Origin: Candidatus Nanoclepta minutus
GTDB taxonomy: Archaea > Nanobdellota > Nanobdellia > Nanobdellales > Nanobdellaceae
Assembly (NCBI GenBank): GCA_003568775.1
Contig: MWMI01000004.1
Coordinates: 30,001-62,000 of the forward strand
Direction: 5' to 3'
DNA: 32,000 bases
Of the stretch, positions 1 through 7,610 are shown piece after piece. Made by a program: the position numbers and the translations under genes. The notes under the pieces were generated by a model, which worked only from the letters and a program-made list of their open reading frames with translations, made no database searches and was not told the DNA's origin. The stretch's first letter is position 1, and every line of letters starts with the position of its first letter.

Positions 1-1
1 A

Positions 2-160
2 AAGTTTGAGTATGCTATCTAAATCTCTTTTTTCATCATCAAAAGATGAGATATAGTATATAGATTTTCTATCCAAATCCATCAAAAGATACTTTCTAGC
101 TTCTTCATATCTCCCTTCTCTTATCAACCTCCTTATCTCTCTAGAGGAAAAATATTTGTT
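2..160 (-). pseudogene. C-terminal segment of the NMN adenylyltransferase-like gene, displaced into the -1 frame (frameshift, recoding or homopolymer sequencing error)
   Basis: Hand translation of the minus strand from the A6 run (T6 on + strand at 159-164) gives KNKYFSSREIRRLIREGRYEEARKYLLMDLDRKSIYYISSFDDEKRDLDSILKL with no stop before the window edge. SSREIRR aligns with the YSGTEIRR-type second nucleotide-binding motif of archaeal NMNATs, which the 133..558 ORF lacks. Confidence 0.55.
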
Positions 161-558
161 TTTTCATAATAGACCTTCACATCAAAATTGTTATAGGCAA
201 TTACTCTAAAAAGGCTAAAGATCAAGTATCTTGTAATATCTCTCGTATATATTATGTATTCCTTATCTCCTATACTCTCTAATAATTGAACGAACTTCCC
301 TATAAAACTCCTTTCAGCCATGTTTATAGGATATATTATATAACTCTTCCTTTCAAGATAAGTAGAAAGTATTTTATCTATATATTTTACTCTTATTTCT
401 ATAGGAATAGGATGCTTCGAAGATAAGATCTCTCCTCGTCTTTTATAATATATAGGAATTATAACGATTCTAGAAAAGTCCTTATAGGACTCTACTATTC
501 TATAAAAATGTCCTTTATGAAATGGCTGAAACTTCCCTATTAAAATTAGAGTTGTCAT
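133..558 (-). CDS. Nicotinamide-nucleotide adenylyltransferase-like nucleotidyltransferase, N-terminal reading frame (ends prematurely)
   Basis: N-terminal LIGKFQPFHKGH matches the GRFQPFHxGH (HxGH) motif of archaeal NMNAT and the cytidylyltransferase superfamily. The 141-aa ORF stops before the expected SxxxIR motif. Confidence 0.7.
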   Translation of the reverse strand: MTTLILIGKFQPFHKGHFYRIVESYKDFSRIVIIPIYYKRRGEILSSKHPIPIEIRVKYIDKILSTYLERKSYIIYPINMAERSFIGKFVQLLESIGDKEYIIYTRDITRYLIFSLFRVIAYNNFDVKVYYEKTNIFPLER

Positions 559-575
559 ATCTAATTAGTAGATAC

Positions 576-590
576 AAATTTTAATATATT
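576..590. promoter_or_regulatory. TATA/BRE-like element in the 55-nt divergent spacer between the NMNAT-like gene and the ATPase gene
   Basis: aaattttaatatatt lies 18-32 nt upstream of the minus-strand ATG (558) and 24-38 nt upstream of the plus-strand ATG (614). The identical 15-mer recurs at 7216-7230 upstream of sepF. Confidence 0.35.
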
Positions 591-613
591 AACTCCAAAA
601 CAATCAATAATAA

Positions 614-1912
614 ATGGATATTATTATAGGAAGAAGTGTTGGTGATATCGAAAAGTTTGGAAAAGAGGGAACTATTTTCATCGGTAAGGAATACGTAAAA
701 ATGGAAAACGTTATGTCTCTAGCAAACGATATATATTTAGATGTTAATTTTCCTCATATAATACTCATAGCCGGAAAAAGAGGACAAGGTAAATCCTATA
801 CCTTAGCATCAATTATCGAAAGTATATCACTATTAGAAGAAGATCTATTGAAGAATATAGTAAACGTAGTATTCGATACGATGGGTATTTTCTGGACTAT
901 GAAATTCCCAAACTATAGAGATGCTGAACTTTTGGAGGAATGGGGTTTAAAGGCAAAGAGCTTAGAAAACGTTAAAGTTTACGTACCAGAGGGTGCAATA
1001 GAAAAATATAGAGAACTCGAAATACCTATAGATGGGACTTTTACCTTAAATCCCTCAGACTTAACAGAAATTGAATGGGTAATTACCTTTGGAATAAAAC
1101 CTAACTCTCTTTTGGGAATATATTTACAAAAAATAATAAGAGAAATTAAGAGAAGAGAGGGTAACTTTTCTATTGATGATATCATATCATATATAGAAAG
1201 GAAAAAATTGGATATAAAGATAAAAGAATCCTTAATAAATTATTTTGAAAATGCTAATAGCTGGGGAATCTTTTCTTCAAAATCTCCAACTTTAAAAAAC
1301 ATCCTAACACCCGGAAAAGTCATAATATTAGATCTATCTCTATATACGACAGTATTAGGTGGATGGTCCGTTAAGAATCTAGCAATAGGACTAATTTCAA
1401 AGAAGATATTCTATGAGAGGATGCTATGGAGGAAGAGGGAAGAACTAGAAGAAGCCCATCTAGGTCTGAGTATTAGGGAAAGGGAGCTCCCACTAATTTG
1501 GATATATATAGATGAGGCCCATGAGGCAATACCGAAAGATAGCGTTACACCGGCTACCGAACCATTATTACAGATAATAAGGGAAGGAAGACAACCTGGG
1601 ATATCTCTAGTCCTAGCAACACAGCAACCTGGAAAGTTGGTTGAAGATTCTCTATCACAGGCGGATATAATAATTTCACACAGAGTTACTGCAAAGAAAG
1701 ATCTAGAAGCATTAAATGAGATTATGAAAAACTTTTCGATTCAGGATATTGAAATATATATGAATGAAAACCTCCCAAAAAGAAAAGGTGCAGCTTTAAT
1801 CTTAGATGACAAATCAGAAAAGATATATCCCGTACAAATAAAACCTAGGATCTCCTGGCATGGTGGACAAGATGCTATGTTGATCAGAAAGAGAACATGG
1901 TTAGAGGTATAA
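614..1912 (+). CDS. HerA/FtsK-superfamily P-loop ATPase (COG0433/DUF87-like), short N-terminus
   Basis: Walker A GKRGQGKS (aa 54-61, nt 773-796), Walker B WIYIDEAHE (DEAHE at nt 1511-1525), and REGRQPGISLVLATQQPGKL...IISHRV sensor/arginine-finger region typical of HerA-like ATPases. Only about 53 aa precede the P-loop. Confidence 0.75.
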   Translation: MDIIIGRSVGDIEKFGKEGTIFIGKEYVKMENVMSLANDIYLDVNFPHIILIAGKRGQGKSYTLASIIESISLLEEDLLKNIVNVVFDTMGIFWTMKFPNYRDAELLEEWGLKAKSLENVKVYVPEGAIEKYRELEIPIDGTFTLNPSDLTEIEWVITFGIKPNSLLGIYLQKIIREIKRREGNFSIDDIISYIERKKLDIKIKESLINYFENANSWGIFSSKSPTLKNILTPGKVIILDLSLYTTVLGGWSVKNLAIGLISKKIFYERMLWRKREELEEAHLGLSIRERELPLIWIYIDEAHEAIPKDSVTPATEPLLQIIREGRQPGISLVLATQQPGKLVEDSLSQADIIISHRVTAKKDLEALNEIMKNFSIQDIEIYMNENLPKRKGAALILDDKSEKIYPVQIKPRISWHGGQDAMLIRKRTWLEV

Positions 1913-3552
1913 CAAAGGAGGTTGAGGCTTTAATTGCAATTGTTATATTCACACTCTTTATTATTTTCTATTTTAATATGGTTAATATAGGAATTGTAAA
2001 TAGGATAAGGTTTTATCAGGATTTATACTATAAATTATCTCTTTCTGACTCAATATTAAAATCTATAGAGAAGGAAGGATACATTATAACTTTAAATGTG
2101 TCTATTCCAAAATATTCGAGAGAATTCATCTGTAATATATCCGATTATAACTTAAGAAAGGATTTTTGTGAGAATTTCCCGATCTTTTATCCCCTAAATA
2201 TCTCCTTCCTTACAAACCTGACAGGGGCTTTAAACGGCACAAACAACACTATCTTAGACCCTAATTTAGGGATTTTTTTATACGCAAACTTCAGTGAATT
2301 CTATTGTGAAGAGGATAAAGGATATGTAATTGTAAAGATTTCGAATCCGTTCGATAAAAGTTTAAGCAATATAAACGTCTTGGTTATGTCTCCTACGATA
2401 TACAAATGGCTAGAGGATGGTTCTTATATTAACATAAATGAAAGTTATAAGTTCTGCTACCTAAATACAAATGGCGATTGCGGAAATTCTACCTATAACT
2501 CAATTGGTATAGTTATACAATTATATAACTTTAATAAAAATTCTTCAATTTATCTAAAAATATCTAAAAGTTATTATAACTATGCTAGCAACTTAGGAAA
2601 AGTCAATATAACCTCTCTCCCATATAGGATAGCCTACGAACCTTCCTGCTACAGGGAATATAACTTTATAATAACCGATAATATTAAATACGACTTCAGC
2701 AACTATAACGATCTATCATGCACTATTTCAGAAATTAGAAATAGTTTCCTTTCAATAAGGTTTATTCTAAACGATATAGCACTCTTCTATAACACCTATA
2801 ACTATATTTTCTTTGATAATGCTTCTATAGCAAATGGAGATTTTACGACTAAAAGAGATATATCAGAGAACATATCCTGTATCAAGATATTTGACTCCTC
2901 TATAGGAGAAATAGGATATATCATTTTTTCTAAAACAAATTGGTCAATTATATCTATATATAATAGCTTATATCCATATATAAATCTGTTTTATTGGGGT
3001 CCCTTTGGTGAAATAAACTTTAAAAGCTTTTTCTATATTTATAGGTTTGAATCTTATGATCAAAAAAGCTATCTTAATAATTCTTACTTCAATATACTTT
3101 TCAGAAACCAAACATACTTCGGTATCATCTCTAAATCATCAGCCGGCATTATTTCATACTATAAAATCATGGTCAATATCCCGAATCCTCCAGAGATGCC
3201 AGGAGAAAAAGATATCCTAAACAGGTTTAATATATCCTATTATGAAAAATCCTATACAAATAAAGAATATATCTACTTATATTTACTGTCAGATTCCTCC
3301 AACCAATTACTAATTCCCATAGGAGTCTATTATAAATTTAAAATACCAAATGCAACGATATCTAAAATTGAAAAAATCAATTACATAGATATAGAAGACC
3401 TCTCAATGATTAATAATGCTTCATTTAGGATAGATGGATTAAAATTAACCTATGGAACTGTTGAAGACAAAAAATTCTCCAAATCTTACTATACATACTT
3501 ACTCTATAATAATACGTTAATAAAGGATACTATAACAATTTATCTAAAATGA
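1897..3552 (+). CDS. Large N-terminally anchored or secreted Asn/Tyr/Ser-rich protein, putative N-glycosylated surface protein with a pilin-like N-terminus
   Basis: N-terminus is MVRGITKEVE followed by about 18 hydrophobic residues. I count 20 N-x-S/T sequons by eye. Composition is beta-rich. The ATG lies 16 nt inside the end of the ATPase gene. Confidence 0.6.
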   Translation: MVRGITKEVEALIAIVIFTLFIIFYFNMVNIGIVNRIRFYQDLYYKLSLSDSILKSIEKEGYIITLNVSIPKYSREFICNISDYNLRKDFCENFPIFYPLNISFLTNLTGALNGTNNTILDPNLGIFLYANFSEFYCEEDKGYVIVKISNPFDKSLSNINVLVMSPTIYKWLEDGSYININESYKFCYLNTNGDCGNSTYNSIGIVIQLYNFNKNSSIYLKISKSYYNYASNLGKVNITSLPYRIAYEPSCYREYNFIITDNIKYDFSNYNDLSCTISEIRNSFLSIRFILNDIALFYNTYNYIFFDNASIANGDFTTKRDISENISCIKIFDSSIGEIGYIIFSKTNWSIISIYNSLYPYINLFYWGPFGEINFKSFFYIYRFESYDQKSYLNNSYFNILFRNQTYFGIISKSSAGIISYYKIMVNIPNPPEMPGEKDILNRFNISYYEKSYTNKEYIYLYLLSDSSNQLLIPIGVYYKFKIPNATISKIEKINYIDIEDLSMINNASFRIDGLKLTYGTVEDKKFSKSYYTYLLYNNTLIKDTITIYLK

Positions 3553-3869
3553 GGGGTTGGGTGATCCTTCTAGAGACAATCTTCTCTATCATTCTACTAA
3601 CATCCGCATACCTATACCTATCGAATAATATAAATTTTCAAAAAAGCTACAATTTAAACATTGAAAGTGAATACTTTAGGACATTTTCCGAAGGATGCGC
3701 TAGTAACTATGTCTATTTGATTTTATTCTTAGAAAATAACCAAACCTTAGTATGTATAAATGGAAGAATTGGATCAATAGAGGAATTAAAGGGATATAGC
3801 TTAACAAAAACTTATATATTCTCAGGAAAAGATTCCTATAGGCCATTTATATTGTATATTTACACATGA
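3549..3869 (+). CDS. Small pilin-like protein (N-terminal MRG-WVILLE-hydrophobic helix)
   Basis: ATGA overlap with the upstream gene. MRGWVILLETIFSIILLTSAYLYLSN resembles a class III (prepilin-type) signal, with Glu six residues after the RG. Confidence 0.5.
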   Translation: MRGWVILLETIFSIILLTSAYLYLSNNINFQKSYNLNIESEYFRTFSEGCASNYVYLILFLENNQTLVCINGRIGSIEELKGYSLTKTYIFSGKDSYRPFILYIYT

Positions 3870-4306
3870 AAACCCAATATATCTTAGTTGCATCCTTGAT
3901 ATTACTGTCTATACTATTTTCAATTTTTTACAATACCACCTCACAGAATAAGAAGAGTGATATAGAACTCTATAAGAGGAATTTAGAAGATGAAATCTAC
4001 TATATATCCAGAGAACTGTCTAAATCTTATGTTGGAAACTTTTTAAGAGATTTTAAATTTTATATAGAGAACTTAGGCTATAACTTCACGTTCATCTGTA
4101 TATCACCAATATACTTAGGTATAGATATCTGTAAGGATCTTAACTCTGTAAATTGCTGTTACTATTTCAATAGTTCAATAAACGTAAATAAGACTTTACT
4201 TAAGTTCTGCGATAAGGAATTTGCAATATACAACGAGGGAATATTATGCATCTGTTATAATATCTCCTCAGGAAACTCTTACTATTCAGACTTTATTTGC
4301 ACTTAG
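3866..4306 (+). CDS. Small Cys-rich secreted or membrane-anchored protein
   Basis: ATGA overlap with the upstream gene. N-terminal hydrophobic helix MKTQYILVASLILLSILFSIFY, 8 Cys and 5 N-x-S/T sequons. Confidence 0.5.
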   Translation: MKTQYILVASLILLSILFSIFYNTTSQNKKSDIELYKRNLEDEIYYISRELSKSYVGNFLRDFKFYIENLGYNFTFICISPIYLGIDICKDLNSVNCCYYFNSSINVNKTLLKFCDKEFAIYNEGILCICYNISSGNSYYSDFICT

Positions 4307-4763
4307 ATAAATAGATTCTTCCAGATGAAGTATTAATCGCCAAACAAAAATCGTTTGAGAAACTAATGTTGCTGTAATCAAGAAAATAAAGTGGAACCTT
4401 AATAGAAAAATTATATTCAAACATATTACCCATTTTGTTTACAGTCAAATTCGTATAAACTCTGCTTGGGGTATAGTTATAAGATGCATAATACATAATA
4501 TATATAATATCCGAATTATTAAACAAGTACAAGGAAGCGTAGTCCGGCAATTTTCCACTAACTGAAGTTAAACAGTTTCCGCAGTTTTTATAGGTTATCA
4601 TAGAGACGTATATATCCACCAAAGTATTCTGTATATTGCTTACATCAATCTTTATCCTCTCCCTCGAGGATATTATGTTAGAATAGTAGAGGACGTAGGA
4701 TATGGCTAAAAGTGTAAAGGAAGTATATATCAAAAATTCAACCCATAAACTTACATCCCTCAT
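4293..4763 (-). CDS. Small pilin-like secreted protein, co-oriented with and coupled to rps19e
   Basis: MRDVSLWVEFLIYTSFTLLAISYVLYYSN has the same R-[GD]-x5-E-hydrophobic layout as the 106-aa and 551-aa proteins. It has 6 sequons and 4 Cys. Its ATG forms an ATGA overlap with the rps19e stop. Confidence 0.5.
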   Translation of the reverse strand: MRDVSLWVEFLIYTSFTLLAISYVLYYSNIISSRERIKIDVSNIQNTLVDIYVSMITYKNCGNCLTSVSGKLPDYASLYLFNNSDIIYIMYYASYNYTPSRVYTNLTVNKMGNMFEYNFSIKVPLYFLDYSNISFSNDFCLAINTSSGRIYLSKCK

Positions 4764-5269
4764 AAATAATTCTTTATTTGTTCAACTATATTTTTGTTAC
4801 TCTCCATAAGTTCCCTATATATTTCGGAAGATAGCCTATCTATCAAACTCCTTCCTTGGCTAGTAACAACTCTCCCTTTCCTTTTTCCTTCCAATGACTT
4901 AGTTACTAAACCTGCCATCTCTAACTGTTGTAATATGGTTCTTACAATTTTTCCATATCCTCTCTTAAATTTACCAACTTCCATTCCTCTCTTTCTAAGA
5001 CCCCCATATTTCTTTCTCAGCCTAGAAATGCCAATGGGACCCCTTAAGTATACCTGCCTTAATACCGACGCTGCCCTATAATACCACCAACCTGGTCCTC
5101 CCTGATAATCCTGGTCTGCTGGGAAGTCTGGTGGTCTCTCATTGTGAGGACCAGTTTTTACGAATTTCGCCCAGTAAGGAGGTTTAATTATATCTTTATA
5201 ATTTTCAAATAGATATCTCGCTAATCTATCAACGAGGATTTGCCCAGGTACTTCGAAAGCTGTTGGCAT
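4760..5269 (-). CDS. rps19e: 30S ribosomal protein S19e (eS19)
   Basis: YWAKFVKTGPHNERPP...WWYYRAASVLRQVYLRGPIGISRLRKKYGG is the characteristic eS19 signature. Confidence 0.92.
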   Translation of the reverse strand: MPTAFEVPGQILVDRLARYLFENYKDIIKPPYWAKFVKTGPHNERPPDFPADQDYQGGPGWWYYRAASVLRQVYLRGPIGISRLRKKYGGLRKRGMEVGKFKRGYGKIVRTILQQLEMAGLVTKSLEGKRKGRVVTSQGRSLIDRLSSEIYRELMESNKNIVEQIKNYL

Positions 5270-5291
5270 TCTTTAAAATAAATGTATAACC

Positions 5292-5301
5292 TTTAAAAAT
5301 A
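5292..5301. promoter_or_regulatory. Central TATA-like box shared by divergent rps19e and rpl37ae (51-nt spacer)
   Basis: tttaaaaata is centred about 25 nt from the rpl37ae ATG (5321) and about 27 nt from the rps19e ATG (5269). A second ctttaaaa copy lies at 5271-5278. Confidence 0.3.
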
Positions 5302-5320
5302 CATTTACGTATTTCTATAT

Positions 5321-5539
5321 ATGTCTCATACTAAACTCGTAAGATCTGCTGGAAGGTTTGGATCAAGGTATGGAAGAGGAATTAGAGAGCTCGTCTCGGA
5401 AATCGAAAGTCAATATAGGAATAAAAGGTTAGTCTGCCCATACTGTAACTATAAAGCTGTAAAAAGGATAGCATTTGGAATATGGTATTGCGAAAAATGC
5501 GGTAAAAAGTTTGCAGGTAAAGCCTATAGCATAAAATGA
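5321..5539 (+). CDS. rpl37ae: 50S ribosomal protein L37Ae (eL43)
   Basis: TKLVRSAGRFGSRYG plus CPYC...CEKCG zinc ribbon, 72 aa. Confidence 0.92.
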   Translation: MSHTKLVRSAGRFGSRYGRGIRELVSEIESQYRNKRLVCPYCNYKAVKRIAFGIWYCEKCGKKFAGKAYSIK

Positions 5540-5679
5540 TCTATTACCTCTGTATAAGCTGTGGAAGAAAGGTTCCACATGAACTTGTCAAAAAAAAGGT
5601 TAAATGTCCATATTGTGGAGGAAAAATACTCATAAAATATAGACCTCAGAACGCTATAAAGCATATTAAGGCAAGATGA
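5536..5679 (+). CDS. rpoP: DNA-directed RNA polymerase subunit P (Rpo12/RpoP)
   Basis: Not in the ORF track because it is under 60 aa. Hand translation gives MIYYLCISCGRKVPHELVKKKVKCPYCGGKILIKYRPQNAIKHIKAR (47 aa), a CxxC...CxxC zinc ribbon. ATGA overlaps occur at both ends. The position after L37Ae is the conserved archaeal order. Confidence 0.85.
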   Translation: MIYYLCISCGRKVPHELVKKKVKCPYCGGKILIKYRPQNAIKHIKAR

Positions 5680-5876
5680 AAGTAGAGCTATTATTTGATG
5701 ATAAAGATTTTATAGAATCTGTTAGATTTTTAGAGGACAAAGAATCTATAAGAATTATGGAAAACTGTATTTTAATAGAAAAAACCGAAACTTCAAAAAT
5801 AAGAGCTTCAGTTAATCTAATAATGAGATTAGCAAAAATAAATGAAGACTTGGGGAGGACCCTGTCCAAACTGTAA
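5676..5876 (+). CDS. Probable KEOPS subunit Pcc1-like protein
   Basis: 66 aa. The C-terminal [20 protein letters not shown] resembles the Pcc1 helix (ALRGTVNSYLRWIKAAIDV in Pyrococcus, recalled from memory). The neighbourhood with L37Ae and RpoP is consistent with this call. Confidence 0.5.
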   Translation: MKVELLFDDKDFIESVRFLEDKESIRIMENCILIEKTETSKIRASVNLIMRLAKINEDLGRTLSKL

Positions 5877-6306
5877 ATCCGATAATACAGAAATAAATTA
5901 TTTAGAATACGATTTACCTGAGATCGGTAGGATACTGATAGTATCCTTCCTATGCCATAACTGCCTCTTGAGGTATTCCGATATATTCCCAGAATCCATT
6001 AAACTTAAGGATTATAGAATAACAATAGAAAGTATAGATGATATAAGAAATAAGAGAATATATAAAATACCCGAATTTGAAATAAAGTTAGAAGAAGTTG
6101 GGATAGAGATTAAACAAATATCAAAAAGCAAATTCATGGTTTATACTGTAGATGGATTTATTATGGAAATTATAGACTTTCTAAAAGAATATTCCAAAAA
6201 TATCGAAGATAAAAGGGAAGAGATAAATGAAAAAATTAAATACTTAGAAGAAGTATTGAAAGGAAAAAGAAGGCTAACTATTTCTATAAAGAAATCTATT
6301 TCTTAA
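5842..6306 (+). CDS. ZPR1-type C4 zinc-finger protein (COG1779-like)
   Basis: CPNC...([10 protein letters not shown])...CHNC followed by a beta-rich domain, as in archaeal ZPR1-related proteins. The longest ORF overlaps the upstream gene by 35 nt, so the start is uncertain. Confidence 0.6.
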   Translation: MKTWGGPCPNCKSDNTEINYLEYDLPEIGRILIVSFLCHNCLLRYSDIFPESIKLKDYRITIESIDDIRNKRIYKIPEFEIKLEEVGIEIKQISKSKFMVYTVDGFIMEIIDFLKEYSKNIEDKREEINEKIKYLEEVLKGKRRLTISIKKSIS

Positions 6307-6811
6307 TTACTCTCCTTATAAACTCTATAGCATATTCCCTATCCCTCCAACCTTTTACTTTTACCCATTTACCAGGTTCTAAATCCTTATAATGTTCAAA
6401 GAAATGTTTTATTTCATTCTTTATAGCTTGAGGTATATCGTTAACGTCTCTTATCCAAGAATACCTTGGATCTACCTTGTCTATAGGTACAGCTATTAGT
6501 TTTTCGTCCCTACCTTTTTCGTCTTCCATTTCAAGCAATGCAACGGGTCTAACTTTTACTATACATCCTGGCAAAAGTACTTCAGAGGATAGTACTAGGA
6601 CATCTAAAGGATCCCCATCCTCACATAAGGTACCTAGGATGAAACCATAGTTTAGAGGATAATACATATTAGTATAAAGTATTCTATCTACAAACAACGT
6701 TCCGAACTCCTCATTATATTCATATTTTACTCTACTACCCTTGCTAATCTCTATGATTGCGTATAATTCATCTAAAATATTCTCATCTATCTTTATATTT
6801 TTAAAATTCAT
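6296..6811 (-). CDS. ppa: Inorganic pyrophosphatase, family I
   Basis: [12 protein letters not shown]...[33 protein letters not shown] contains canonical family I PPase motifs. Confidence 0.92.
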   Translation of the reverse strand: MNFKNIKIDENILDELYAIIEISKGSRVKYEYNEEFGTLFVDRILYTNMYYPLNYGFILGTLCEDGDPLDVLVLSSEVLLPGCIVKVRPVALLEMEDEKGRDEKLIAVPIDKVDPRYSWIRDVNDIPQAIKNEIKHFFEHYKDLEPGKWVKVKGWRDREYAIEFIRRVIKK

Positions 6812-6822
6812 TCTTTAATTTT

Positions 6823-7194
6823 TTATTTTTCTTCTAAACTAACTTCTGGAGTTTCCTTTACCCTCCATATCCTAACAAAAGAAGGAGTAGCAATTATCCA
6901 GTCTCCACCAACACCCGCAATATCTCCATTAATTGCATTTACAACCGATTTTATCCTATTTATTACTCTCTTTAGCTCTACTATGTCCTTGGTCTTCTTA
7001 AACTCTCTTATGTCAATGAATACAATTGTATTACCCTCCCTCAACGTATCTACTATGGCCTTTACATCTGAAGAATCCTTAAGAACGAATACTCGTATTA
7101 AAATCTTACTTTCCTCTGTTTTTTCGACTGGAACAACCTCAATATAATTCCCAATTTTTTCTTCTTTTTTCTTGAAGAAGGGTAAAGATACCAT
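6823..7194 (-). CDS. sepF: SepF-like cell-division protein (DUF552)
   Basis: The layout follows archaeal and bacterial SepF: YIEVVP..., DVKAIVDTLREGNTIVFIDI, ELKRVINRIKSVVNAINGDIAGVGGDWIIATP. Confidence 0.7.
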   Translation of the reverse strand: MVSLPFFKKKEEKIGNYIEVVPVEKTEESKILIRVFVLKDSSDVKAIVDTLREGNTIVFIDIREFKKTKDIVELKRVINRIKSVVNAINGDIAGVGGDWIIATPSFVRIWRVKETPEVSLEEK

Positions 7195-7215
7195 AATAAT
7201 CTTGTATATTAGTTA

Positions 7216-7230
7216 AAATTTTAATATATT
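7216..7230 (-). promoter_or_regulatory. TATA/BRE-like element upstream of sepF
   Basis: Identical 15-mer aaattttaatatatt as at 576-590, lying 22-36 nt upstream of the sepF ATG (7194). Confidence 0.3.
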
Positions 7231-7583
7231 TATTTGATATCTTTCTTTGATGTTCCAATAAGCTTTTCTATTTCGTTTTGCAAATTTGTTAATCTTTCCC
7301 TTAACTGGGATTCCTGCTTATCTATAGACTTAATTCTAATATTTAATACATCCCTCTTCTCTTTAAGCTCTTCTAAAACATTATTTTTATCTTTTCTTAT
7401 CATTACATTTCCTATCATAACAAATACTTTCTCTTCTCCAGTTAATCCCTCTAATTCCTTTATTGCATTTTCAACTTCTAATAATTCCTCCTCAAGCCTT
7501 TGTTTTTGGTATAAAGCTGCCAAATATGTTTGTCTTAAGACTTCAAATTCCTCTAATTTTTTGTTTATAATCTCTTCATCCAT
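7230..7583 (-). CDS. pfdB: Prefoldin beta subunit
   Basis: 117-aa coiled-coil/beta-hairpin/coiled-coil protein. The central VFVMIGNVMIRKDK hairpin is typical of prefoldin beta. Confidence 0.85.
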   Translation of the reverse strand: MDEEIINKKLEEFEVLRQTYLAALYQKQRLEEELLEVENAIKELEGLTGEEKVFVMIGNVMIRKDKNNVLEELKEKRDVLNIRIKSIDKQESQLRERLTNLQNEIEKLIGTSKKDIK

Positions 7584-7610
7584 AATAATATATCAAGGAA
7601 AAATATTATA

